From Clostridia bacterium (GTDB lineage: Bacteria > Bacillota > Clostridia > Christensenellales > Aristaeellaceae), in the NCBI GenBank assembly GCA_017547805.1, contig JAFYOR010000064.1, positions 24,578 to 88,577 on the forward strand: a stretch of 64,000 nt of DNA, given 5' to 3'. Numbering within the stretch: position 1 is the first letter of the stretch; the number at the start of each line of letters is the position of its first letter. The notes under the pieces were generated by a model. It ran no database searches. It had not been told where the DNA came from and saw nothing but the letters and a program-made list of their open reading frames with translations. Position numbers and translations under genes: made by a program. Of the stretch, positions 40,863-49,790 are shown in pieces.

Positions 40863-41903
40863 TTACTTGCCGAGTGTGACGGTGCCGTTCATGCCGGGCA
40901 GGATGTTTCTTTCGGAATGGATGGACAGGCGCACGTCAAAGTACGATGCGTTCTGGCGCTGCATGCCCAGCGGGCGGATTTCCTTAACCGTGCCGGTGAA
41001 GGTCTGGCCGGCGTATGCATCCAGCGTATAGGTAAGCGTATCGCCTACGCGCAGGCCGTCAAGATCCATTTCGTCGACCTCCACGCTCAGCTCCAGCGCG
41101 TCAAGGTTCGCGATTTCGCACAGCAGCTGGCCGCGATAGACCTGCATGCCGCCGACTGCGTACAGCGCGGAGAGCACGCCATTTGCCGGGGCGGTCAGGG
41201 AGAGCGGCTCAAACGGCTTGCTGCTTGCATCCACAACCTCAAAGAGCAGATCGCCGTCGGCAACGGTGTCGCCTTCCTTGACGTGGATGGCGGTGATGCG
41301 GCCATGCGCCTGTACGGCGGTATCCGCATAGCGGGCGACGGTGCCGCGGCCGGTTTCCTCCTCGGCCTTCATGTCGCTCTTGCGGAAGCAGCGGACGTTG
41401 TCGCGCAGCTCAAAGTCGCCGTCGAGGATTTCAACGATGTAGTTCGCGCCGTCGATGTTGGTGATGCGGCCTTCGCCCTCTTCGCTGCCGCACTTGAGGT
41501 ACAGCGTCTGACCGACGTGGAGGAAGCGGTTTTCCTCCTTGTTGTACGCCTGCGCGGTGGAGGCGGCGATATACAGCGCGTTCTTGGGCTCGATGACGGC
41601 CAGCGCGCCGTAACGCTCCATCACGCCGGCGCCGCTGGCGCCTTCCTCGGCAAAGATGGCGACAACCTTGCCGCTGCTCTGGGCATAGACCGGAATGGTA
41701 TCATAGGTAAAGAGCGTATCGCCCGCCGCAACGCGGTCGCCTGCGACAAAGTCAAAGGGAAGCAGGATGCCGCTCATCGCCGCGGTGATTTTCGTCGTTT
41801 CGGGCGCGACGACGGTCGCATTCGCGGTCACGGCGAACGCGAGCGCACAGGAAAGGGTCAGCGCCAGCAGCAGCGCGGCGAAGGTGATCAGCTTGGTTTT
41901 CAT
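40863..41903 (-). CDS. efflux periplasmic adaptor (HlyD/membrane-fusion family)
   Basis: Signal or anchor MKTKLITFAALLLALTLSCALA, lipoyl-like segments (VAAGDTLFTYD, VKEGDTVADGDLLFEV) and a beta-barrel tail. Confidence 0.75.
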   Translation of the reverse strand: MKTKLITFAALLLALTLSCALAFAVTANATVVAPETTKITAAMSGILLPFDFVAGDRVAAGDTLFTYDTIPVYAQSSGKVVAIFAEEGASGAGVMERYGALAVIEPKNALYIAASTAQAYNKEENRFLHVGQTLYLKCGSEEGEGRITNIDGANYIVEILDGDFELRDNVRCFRKSDMKAEEETGRGTVARYADTAVQAHGRITAIHVKEGDTVADGDLLFEVVDASSKPFEPLSLTAPANGVLSALYAVGGMQVYRGQLLCEIANLDALELSVEVDEMDLDGLRVGDTLTYTLDAYAGQTFTGTVKEIRPLGMQRQNASYFDVRLSIHSERNILPGMNGTVTLGK

Positions 41904-41944
41904 GGTAGCGTTCCTTTCTATATTTGGATGATTGATTTGGATAC

Positions 41945-42100
41945 GACAAGGGCTGCCGCCCTTATGATCCTGCGCAGGGGCCTTTGTCTCTTTGCTCGTC
42001 GGTCAGGGCGGCTCTGACAGCCCGCTGGGCTGTCATTCACTCCCGTCCCAGTTTGGCGAGAGCCAAACCCCTGCACCCCATATCGCTTCGTGCGGTAAAA
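41945..42100 (-). repeat. Family-2 repeat, copy 5 (divergent, different internal cassette)
   Basis: The minus strand reads TTTTACCGCACGAAGCGATATGGGG ... GGGCGGCAGCCC. The interior has GTTTGGC-TCTC-GCCAAAC and GACAGCCC-AGC-GGGCTGTC hairpins. It starts 2 nt after the permease stop. Confidence 0.65.
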
Positions 42101-42102
42101 AG

Positions 42103-44412
42103 TTACTCGACGGATTTCAGCGCTTCAACCATGTCGATCTTCCTGACCTTGCGGGTGAGCACCAGCTGGATGAAGATGGAGAAGAAGAACGTGATGACGC
42201 AGGCGAGGATGACCGACTGAAGGTTGGGCATGCCGGGATAGTAGGACGTTTCCGGCTCGCAGGTGTGCATGACGACGTCTGTGAGCAGATAGCCCGGATA
42301 GACGCCGCACAGGACGCCGAGGATCGTGATGATCAGGTTTTCATTAAGGATCAGCCTTCGGATCTCCTTCTGATGATAGCCAAGCACCTTGAGCGTGGCG
42401 TATTCGCGCAGGCGCTCGACAAAGTTCATCAGGCCCATGTTATAGCAGATCACAAACGCCAGCGCCAGGGCGATGCACGTCAGCAGCGAGAAGACGGAGT
42501 TGAGCGCTTCCAGAAGCGCGAGCATGTCGCGGATCTGATCCTGAGGATTGTCAAGCGTATCCACTTCGTCCATGTCTTCAAGCTCCGCAATCAGCGCATC
42601 GCTCACGCCCTGCAGCTGGATGGCGGTGGGGACGAAGTCGCCCTTGCGCTGTGCCTCCCATGTGCTGCGGTTCATGTACACGCCCTGCACGGTATTGTTG
42701 TGCGCGATCTGCCCGACGGTCATGACGAGCGGCTCGTCATCGCCGGGGAGATACAGGCGAACCGTGTCGCCGATGCGGATGCCCAGCGTCTTGGTCATCT
42801 TGAGCGTCACGGCGATGGTGCCCGTTTCAAGCGGGAGATACGTTTCGTTTTCGCCCAGGTGCTGCATCGTCTGGTTGTCGCCAAGGATCGTGCACATGAC
42901 CGTGCGCGCGCCGCCGTCCGCCCGCAGGGAGACGGACGTTTCCATGATGCATTCAACCTTGTCGGCGGCGAGCCTGCGCTCGTAGCTTTCCGCCGTGCCG
43001 ACGCTGCCCGTCAGGTTGGCGCGCAGGTCATAGCGCAGGGTTTCCGTGTAGTATTTGTTGGAGATGCGCTTGACGGAGTCCTGCAGGCCGAAGGAAAGGA
43101 TGATCATCATCGTGCAGCACAGCAGGCCAACGAAGGACATGATCGTGCGCAGCTTGTTGCGCATGAGGTTGCGGATGATCATCTTGCTGTTGAAGGACAG
43201 GCGCTTCCACAGCGGTGTGATCCGTTCCAGCAGAATGCGCTTGCCGTCCTTGGGCGGCTTGGGACGAAGGAGCGCGGCGGTGGTTTCCTTCGCGCTCTTG
43301 CGGTAGGTGAAGTAGCAGATCGTGACGCTCATCACGACTGTCAGGCCGACCATGGCCCACGCAGGCAGGGAGATCGGCGGACGCAGCCGGTAGGGCATCT
43401 CGCTCTGGCTCATCAGCGCGTTCCATAGCAGCGGCGGCAGCGCGGTATGCCCTGCGATTGTGCCGAAGAGCGCGCCCAGCAGCGAGGGCAGGATGGCGTA
43501 GGAAAGATAGTGATCGCGGATCTGCCGGGCGGAGAAGCCCAGCGCCTTGAGCGTGCCCATCTGCATGCGCTGGTTGTCGATCATGCGCGAGAGCGTCGTC
43601 ATGACGATCAGCGCGGCGATGGCGTAGCTGAGCAGGGGGAAGATATACGTCATGTTTTCAAACATCTGCGCGTCGTTTTCGCAGCGCGCGGTGCTCGTGT
43701 GCGCCTTGCGGTCCAGCACCAGCGCGTCGGGCAGCACCTGTTCGATCGCCTGCTTCACGCCTTCCACATCCACGCCGTCCTTAAGCGTGACGACAGCCTG
43801 TGTCAGCGGCAGCGCAGGCAGCGCGCAGCTGTTGGTGAGGATGAAGCCGTATTTTTCCGGATCCGCCGCCACGCCCAGCGAAAGCGCGACGTATTCCGGG
43901 CTGACGACGATGCCGCGGATGACAAAGGTGTGCTCCTGACCGGCGAGCTTGACGCTCAGCCGGTCGCCCACGCCAAGCCCCTGAACCTGAGCAAAGCGTT
44001 CCTGAATGAGGCAGCCGCGCGTATCCAGCGGGTCAAGCAGCTCGCCCTCGCGCAGCAGCGGCGCGTTGATTGTCATGGCGCCGTCGTAGGAGGTGAGGTT
44101 GACGTTGATCTGCGGGCCGAGCGTCGTTTCAAGGTCCGTGACCGTCCGGGCGATGACCTCCTCGATGCCGTCAACCGCCTGCAGTTTGGCCAGCGTGACG
44201 CGGTTGACGCCGGCGGGAATCGTCACCCAGAAGTCTGCCAGATTGTTTTCCTCAAAATAGGTGTCGATGGTCGTGCGCGTCATGCGCGCCATGCCGTCCA
44301 GCGCGGCGAAGGCGAACGTGCCCAGCGCACACAGGAGAATGATGGAAAGAAACTGCATCGCCGAGCGGGCCATGTCCCGCAGGAGTTTCTTTCGCAGTGT
44401 GTTTTTTACCAT
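42103..44412 (-). CDS. ABC transporter permease, FtsX/MacB type (two FtsX modules)
   Basis: 769 aa with an N-terminal TM helix, a large extracytoplasmic domain and repeated FtsX-like 4-TM units. Confidence 0.85.
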   Translation of the reverse strand: MVKNTLRKKLLRDMARSAMQFLSIILLCALGTFAFAALDGMARMTRTTIDTYFEENNLADFWVTIPAGVNRVTLAKLQAVDGIEEVIARTVTDLETTLGPQINVNLTSYDGAMTINAPLLREGELLDPLDTRGCLIQERFAQVQGLGVGDRLSVKLAGQEHTFVIRGIVVSPEYVALSLGVAADPEKYGFILTNSCALPALPLTQAVVTLKDGVDVEGVKQAIEQVLPDALVLDRKAHTSTARCENDAQMFENMTYIFPLLSYAIAALIVMTTLSRMIDNQRMQMGTLKALGFSARQIRDHYLSYAILPSLLGALFGTIAGHTALPPLLWNALMSQSEMPYRLRPPISLPAWAMVGLTVVMSVTICYFTYRKSAKETTAALLRPKPPKDGKRILLERITPLWKRLSFNSKMIIRNLMRNKLRTIMSFVGLLCCTMMIILSFGLQDSVKRISNKYYTETLRYDLRANLTGSVGTAESYERRLAADKVECIMETSVSLRADGGARTVMCTILGDNQTMQHLGENETYLPLETGTIAVTLKMTKTLGIRIGDTVRLYLPGDDEPLVMTVGQIAHNNTVQGVYMNRSTWEAQRKGDFVPTAIQLQGVSDALIAELEDMDEVDTLDNPQDQIRDMLALLEALNSVFSLLTCIALALAFVICYNMGLMNFVERLREYATLKVLGYHQKEIRRLILNENLIITILGVLCGVYPGYLLTDVVMHTCEPETSYYPGMPNLQSVILACVITFFFSIFIQLVLTRKVRKIDMVEALKSVE

Positions 44413-45110
44413 GCGATGTCCTCCACGCCGGCGGGGGTGTCCGTCGTTTCAATGGACTCGATGCCGCCGTTTTTGACACGGATGACGCGGTTGCCCAGCG
44501 GCGCGATCATCGCGTTGTGCGTGATGATGATGACGGTGGCGTTCTGCTCCCGGCAGATATCCTTGAGCAGGGCGAGCACCTGCACGCCGGTTTTGGAATC
44601 CAGCGCGCCGGTCGGCTCGTCGCACAGAAGCAGCGCGGGGTTTTTGCACAGCGCGCGGGCGATGGACACGCGCTGCTGCTCGCCGCCGGAAAGCTGCGCC
44701 GGGAAGTTATACAGGCGTTCGCTCAGACCCACCTGCTCCATCACCTCGCGGGGATTGAGCGCCTGCTTTTTGCAGACCTGACGCGCCAGCTCGACGTTTT
44801 CAAGCGCGGTCAGGTTGGGCATGAGGTTGTAAAACTGGAAGACAAAGCCGACGTCGTGGCGGCGGTATTCCGTCAGCTGCGAGCTGCGCAGGCCCGTGAT
44901 GACCTTTCCGCCGACAGTGATGGTGCCGCTGGTCGCCTTGTCCATGCCGCCCAGCAGGTTGAGAATCGTCGTCTTGCCCGCGCCGGAGGGACCGAGCACC
45001 ACGCAGAACTCTCCCTTCTCAATTTCGAAGCTTACGTCGTCGACCGCCTTGACGACGGCGCCGCCGGTCTGGTAGTGCTTGCAGACGTTTTCAAATGTGA
45101 TATAGCCCAC
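44406..45110 (-). CDS. ABC transporter ATP-binding protein (MacB/LolD-like)
   Basis: Walker A GPSGAGKTT, signature LSGGEQQRVSIARAL and Walker B LLLCDEPT. GTG start at 45110, 7 nt after AAGGAGG. Confidence 0.9.
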   Translation of the reverse strand: MGYITFENVCKHYQTGGAVVKAVDDVSFEIEKGEFCVVLGPSGAGKTTILNLLGGMDKATSGTITVGGKVITGLRSSQLTEYRRHDVGFVFQFYNLMPNLTALENVELARQVCKKQALNPREVMEQVGLSERLYNFPAQLSGGEQQRVSIARALCKNPALLLCDEPTGALDSKTGVQVLALLKDICREQNATVIIITHNAMIAPLGNRVIRVKNGGIESIETTDTPAGVEDIAW

Positions 45111-45184
45111 GGGGAAACCTCCTTGCTTGCGCCGCAGAGCGGGCATAAAAACGAATATTTCAAGTTGTTTTCACCGATGACCGG

Positions 45185-45211
45185 AAAAAACCGCCGGAGA
45201 ATGCCGGGCGG
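45185..45211 (-). terminator. hairpin+T6 inside the leader of the ABC efflux operon (possible attenuator)
   Basis: Minus strand: CCGCCCGG-CATTCT-CCGGCGG followed by TTTTTT, about 75 nt before the GTG start. Confidence 0.5.
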
Positions 45212-45247
45212 CGCATCGCGTAAAAACGAATGTCAAAATCTGTTTTT

Positions 45248-45276
45248 ATTATAGGGTGGAAGATGACCGCTGTCAA
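45248..45276 (-). promoter_or_regulatory. consensus sigma-A promoter of the ABC efflux operon
   Basis: Minus strand: TTGACA (45276-45271), 17-nt spacer, TATAAT (45253-45248). Confidence 0.65.
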
Positions 45277-45782
45277 TAAAGATTATGATAAATTCATTGA
45301 CCGGCGGCGGGCGCGAAGGGCTCGTGTGTCTTCGCGGAATCGTTCCTCTGGCTGGTACGAAAACCATGGAGTGTGCACCAGTACAAAAGCACGCAGCCAT
45401 GCAACAAACATACGTTCAGCGCCCGCTGGCTCCCTCAGTCTGCCTACGGCAGACAGCTCCCTCCCGGAGGGAGCCTCCTCGTATACGTTTCTTCTGTAAA
45501 TCAGCGGCTTATTTTCTCAGAGGCAGCGCTTTTTCAAGCCTCCCTCCGGGAGGGAGGGGGACCAGCCGCAGGCTGGTGGAAGGAGCCTGCGGGCGTGAAG
45601 GTTTCGTGCATTATTGCAGTAACGTTCTTTTGATTGGTGCACACCTCATGCCTTGCGTGCCGCTGCAAAGCCGCTATGCAGCAAAAAAGCGCGCAGTGCG
45701 CGCTCCCACTTCCGAAACACTCCGTGATCTCTGTTTCTTCTGCGTACGCGGCTGATGATTTTTGCGCAATTTCCTGTAACGC

Positions 45783-45810
45783 AAAAAGCCCGCAGGCACT
45801 GCCTGCGGGC
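45783..45810 (-). terminator. terminator after the PPIase gene
   Basis: GCCCGCAGGC-ACT-GCCTGCGGGC, with a T-run on the minus strand (A-run at 45783-45787). Confidence 0.8.
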
Positions 45811-45823
45811 TTTATAATGTGGA

Positions 45824-47800
45824 TCAGTCAGCGAGCTTGGTGAACTCGTAGGTCTTGCCGTAGGTCTGCACGAACACTTCGCGCATGGCCTGCTCGGTTC
45901 TGGGCTTGTCGTTGCTGTCGGTCTGCACGGAGGCGATCAGGTCGACCGTCTCGATGCCGCCCAGCACCATGCCGAACGCCGCGTAGTCGCTGTCCAGATA
46001 GTCGCTGTCAGCATGCATGATGAAGAACTGGCTGCCGGCGGAATCCATCGCGGAGGAACGCGCCATGGAAATGACGCCGCGCACATGGGAGATGCCGTTC
46101 TCCACGCCGTTGTTGGCGAATTCACCCTTGATGGCATAGCCCGGGCCGCCCGTGCCGTTGCCGGCCGGGTCGCCGCCCTGGATCATGAAGCCCGGGATGA
46201 CGCGATGGAAGATCAGGCCGTTGTAGAAGCCCTGATTGGCAAGGCTGATAAAGTTGCCCACGGACTCGGGCGCGGTCTGCGGATACAGTTCGCCGAAGAT
46301 CACGCTGCCGTCGTTCATGGCGATGGTGAAGGTCGGGTTCTTGTCAAGCGCGTCGGCCGCCTTGACGAGCGCGGCGTTGTCCGCGGCCAGCGCGGTTTCC
46401 TCTTCCACGGCGATCACGCCAGCTACGTTGACGAAGCCCTTGAACTCGGTACCCGGAACGCTGGCGAAGACAAACTCTTCACCGTCGATGCCGATGGTAC
46501 CAAGGATGTACAGGGACGCGCCAGCATTAAGGGTGGCGATGGTATCACCGAAGGGGATGTCGGTCAGCACGGTGTCCTCGCTGATGGAGACATAGGCGAT
46601 GGACGGCTCGATGCTCTCGGAAACGTAGATGTGATAGAGCGCGGAGGTGTCCAGCACTTCGATGTTCGCCTCAAGGAGCACAGCCTCCAGATAGGCGCCG
46701 AAAACCTCGTCCTTCTTGGCGGCGAGGGCGTCTTCCGTTTCGGCTTCCATGCGGGACGCATAGTCGGCAGCGCCGGCTTCAAGATCCGCGGCGTAGCGCA
46801 GGATGAAGCAGCCGTATTCGGTCACCAGCACTTCGGACACATCGCCGATGTTTTCAAGCGCCATCGCGGCGTTCTTGAAGTCCTCGCTGTAGGTGGCGGA
46901 GGCGTCGCAGATCGGATAGCCGGCGAGCAGCTGCTCGGCGGTGGAGGTATCCTCGTTGTAGGCGATCATGGTTTCTTCGAAGTCGGCGCCGTCCTTAATC
47001 AGCGCGAGAACGGCTTCGGCCTTCGCCTGACCGGCGAGCGCGTCGATGCCGGCCGCATCGGCGGCGGGCTCGGCCGCTTCATCGGCGAGCGCGAAGTAGA
47101 TGCTCTGCACGATGCGCATGCCTTCCGGCGTGTAGAGGATGTCGGCGGCGTTGATATAGTCGGAGATGAAGGTGTCGGCGTCAGCGTAGGCGGCCTTCGC
47201 CTCTTCCACCTTCGCGTCAAACGCGGCCTTGACCTCTTCCTCGGTCACGGTCACGTCCTCGGTAGCCAGCGTGAGCAGGTGACGGAGCATGTCGTTGAGC
47301 TTGGCGTTTTCGTAAAGGGCTTCAAAGGTGTAGCCTGCGGCAAGCAGCTCTTCCTCGACAATCTGGGCGAGCTCTTCGCCGCTGAAGCCGTAATATGCCA
47401 GATAGCTCTCGTAGTATTCGCGCGCGCTGTCCAACTGCGCGTTGGTCTGCGCGGCGAGCTCCTCTTCCTTTTCAGGCGTGAGGGCGTAGCCGGTGTTGGC
47501 GGCGTGGAGCTCGACGGCCTTCATGCTCAGCACGCTGTTGACGGTTTCCTGTGCGATGTAGGACTGGAACTCCACATCGTACTCATCCATCGTATAGCCG
47601 TACTGCGCGTAGTAGTTCAGATAGTAAGCCAGCATGCTCTCAAAGTCATCTCTGACTTCGGACAGCGTGACGGTCACTTCGCCGCCATACGCTTTGCCCA
47701 CGATGGGATCTTCCGCCGCTTCGCTTTCGGCGAAGGCGCAAACGCTCGTCAGGGTCAGCACAAGCGCCAGAAGCAGCGCCAGCAGTTGATTCTTCTTCAT
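45824..47800 (-). CDS. secreted peptidyl-prolyl isomerase: SurA/PrsA-like N-terminal region fused to a cyclophilin-type PPIase
   Basis: Signal or lipobox-like MKKNQLLALLLALVLTLTSVCA. C-terminal FHRVIPGFMIQGGDP...GVISMAR...SQFFI cyclophilin motifs. Confidence 0.85.
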   Translation of the reverse strand: MKKNQLLALLLALVLTLTSVCAFAESEAAEDPIVGKAYGGEVTVTLSEVRDDFESMLAYYLNYYAQYGYTMDEYDVEFQSYIAQETVNSVLSMKAVELHAANTGYALTPEKEEELAAQTNAQLDSAREYYESYLAYYGFSGEELAQIVEEELLAAGYTFEALYENAKLNDMLRHLLTLATEDVTVTEEEVKAAFDAKVEEAKAAYADADTFISDYINAADILYTPEGMRIVQSIYFALADEAAEPAADAAGIDALAGQAKAEAVLALIKDGADFEETMIAYNEDTSTAEQLLAGYPICDASATYSEDFKNAAMALENIGDVSEVLVTEYGCFILRYAADLEAGAADYASRMEAETEDALAAKKDEVFGAYLEAVLLEANIEVLDTSALYHIYVSESIEPSIAYVSISEDTVLTDIPFGDTIATLNAGASLYILGTIGIDGEEFVFASVPGTEFKGFVNVAGVIAVEEETALAADNAALVKAADALDKNPTFTIAMNDGSVIFGELYPQTAPESVGNFISLANQGFYNGLIFHRVIPGFMIQGGDPAGNGTGGPGYAIKGEFANNGVENGISHVRGVISMARSSAMDSAGSQFFIMHADSDYLDSDYAAFGMVLGGIETVDLIASVQTDSNDKPRTEQAMREVFVQTYGKTYEFTKLAD

Positions 47801-47932
47801 TTTCTTAACCCTCCATCAGTTCTGTCGGATAAACGGTGTTCCCATTATACCTGCGGCTATGCGAAAACGCAACGATTTTGAGAAACTTCCACCGCGATAC
47901 CTTGGTTGCTTCACATTTGCTCCACATTCTTA

Positions 47933-49117
47933 TCAGCCGTTCAGGCTGCGGACAAATTCCTCGATGCGCTTGAGGGCTTCGGCCAGGTTTTCAAGGCTGG
48001 TGGCGTAGGAGCAGCGGATGTGCCCTTCGCCGCTTTCGCCGAAGGCCGTGCCCGGCACGCAGGCGACCTGCTTTTCCTTGAGCAGGCGGGTACAGAATTC
48101 CTCGCTGGTAAGCCCCGTGCTTTCAATCGACGGGAAGACGTAGAACGCGCCCCTGGGCTCAAAGCAGGTCAGGCCCATCGCATTGAGCTTTTCCACCATG
48201 AGCCGGCGTCTGCGGTCATAGGAGCGCACCATCATCCTGACGTCTTCAAATCCGGTTTCAAACGCGCGGCCAAGCGCCCTGTCAGCGGCGATCTGTCCCT
48301 GAATCGACGCGCAGAGCATCGTATACTGGTGAATCTTGAACATCGGGGCGAGCAGCTCGCGCGGGGCACACAGATAGCCCACGCGCCAGCCGGTCATGGC
48401 AAAGGCCTTGGAAAAGCCGTTGATGGTGACCGTGCGCTCGCGCATGCCCGGCAGGGCGGCAAAAGACGTATGCTCGTGACCGGAATAAACCAGCTCGGAA
48501 TAAATCTCGTCGGAGATGACGACGATGTCCGTATCCATGAGCAGATCGGCGATTTCGCGCAGCTGCTCTTTATTCATCACGCCGCCGGTGGGGTTGTTGG
48601 GATAGGGAAGGATGAGCGCCTTGGTTTTGTCCGTGATGGCGGCGCGCAGCGCTTCGGGCGTGATGGCGAACTCTTCCTGCGCGTTGGTTTTGACCGGAAC
48701 GGCGACGCCGCCGGAAAAGGTGACGCAGGGCGCATAGCTGACGTAGCTGGGCTCGGGGATGAGCACCTCGTCGCCCGGGTCAATGAGCGCGCGCAGGGAG
48801 ATGTCGATGCCTTCGCTGGCGCCGACGGTCACCAGCACCTCATCCTTCGGGCTGTAGGAGACGCGATAGCGCATGCGCAGGTATGCGGCGATCTTTTCGC
48901 GCAGGCTTTCAAGACCCCAGTTGGAGGTATACTGCGTCTGTCCGTCCTCGATGGACTGGATCGCGGCGTCGCGGATCTGCCACGGCGTGATGAAATCCGG
49001 CTCGCCCACGCCCAGCGAAATCGCCTCGGGCATCTGGCGGACGATGTCAAAAAACTTGCGGATGCCGCTTGGCGGCACGTTGGCGATGCGCTGGTTGATG
49101 ACTCGGCTGTAATCCAT
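47933..49117 (-). CDS. class I/II pyridoxal-phosphate aminotransferase (AspB-like)
   Basis: PPSGIRKFFD, LGVGEPDF and PNNPTG motifs, plus NGFSKAFAMTGWR containing the PLP lysine. Confidence 0.88.
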   Translation of the reverse strand: MDYSRVINQRIANVPPSGIRKFFDIVRQMPEAISLGVGEPDFITPWQIRDAAIQSIEDGQTQYTSNWGLESLREKIAAYLRMRYRVSYSPKDEVLVTVGASEGIDISLRALIDPGDEVLIPEPSYVSYAPCVTFSGGVAVPVKTNAQEEFAITPEALRAAITDKTKALILPYPNNPTGGVMNKEQLREIADLLMDTDIVVISDEIYSELVYSGHEHTSFAALPGMRERTVTINGFSKAFAMTGWRVGYLCAPRELLAPMFKIHQYTMLCASIQGQIAADRALGRAFETGFEDVRMMVRSYDRRRRLMVEKLNAMGLTCFEPRGAFYVFPSIESTGLTSEEFCTRLLKEKQVACVPGTAFGESGEGHIRCSYATSLENLAEALKRIEEFVRSLNG

Positions 49118-49611
49118 CAGGGCATCACCGCCTGACGCCTGTCGGCATGACCGCTTTCAAAGAGCACGCCGCCGTACTTATAGGTTTTGAGCATGAAATG
49201 GGTGCTCGTGCCGGTCACGCCTTCCAGCACGGACAGGCGGCTGTGCACGAAGGAGGCCAGCTCCTTGAGCGTCGCTGCTTCGCACAGCACCATCAGGTCG
49301 TATGCGCCGCTCATCAGATACAGCGACTTGACCTCGTCGTGCTGCATGATGCGCTGGGCGATCGCGTCAAAGCCCTTTTCGCGCTGGGGCTGAACATTGA
49401 CCTCGATGACCGCCTGCACGAATTCCTTCTCCGTGCGCTCCCAGTTGATCAGCGCCTGATAGCCCACCAGCACGCCTGCGCGGCGCAGCCCTTCAAGGGC
49501 TGTGTTGACCTGGTTTTCATCGCTGCCGGTCATGACGGCGATTTCGCGCGGGGAGACGCGGGCGTCTTCGCAGAGGATTTCGAGAATATGCATATCGAGC
49601 GTAGAGAACAT
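49117..49611 (-). CDS. Lrp/AsnC family transcriptional regulator
   Basis: N-terminal HTH (LDMHILEILCEDARVSPREIA) and a C-terminal RAM-like domain. Its stop overlaps the aminotransferase start (TGATG). Confidence 0.8.
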   Translation of the reverse strand: MFSTLDMHILEILCEDARVSPREIAVMTGSDENQVNTALEGLRRAGVLVGYQALINWERTEKEFVQAVIEVNVQPQREKGFDAIAQRIMQHDEVKSLYLMSGAYDLMVLCEAATLKELASFVHSRLSVLEGVTGTSTHFMLKTYKYGGVLFESGHADRRQAVMP

Positions 49612-49790
49612 ATCGGTTCCCTCCTTCAGAAATAGAGTCGGATAAACGGGAGAATAGCGCTATTATACATGACAAATGATTTTATGTAAAGAAAAAGAGG
49701 CGCGCGCGAGGGCTGCGACTGTTTCTTCCGGCCGCGGATGGTGGTATAATAAAGGAAGATTTTTGCTTTGCATGATGAAAGGAGTCTGCT

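Noticed and set aside
45160-45216. 18-codon minus-strand ORF (MRRPAFSGGFFRSSVKTT) in the ABC-operon leader as an attenuation leader peptide
   Set aside because: It has no Shine-Dalgarno sequence upstream of its ATG. The ORF is simply the terminator hairpin read in one frame. It is kept only as a remote possibility.
45285-45755. 156-aa plus-strand ORF in the gene-free region
   Set aside because: It has no RBS. Its sequence is a read-through of GC palindromes (PPGGRGTSRRLVEGACG-type). No family was recognised.
46013-47881. 622-aa ORF on the plus strand
   Set aside because: It is antisense to the PPIase gene, Gly/Val/Arg-rich, and has no RBS.
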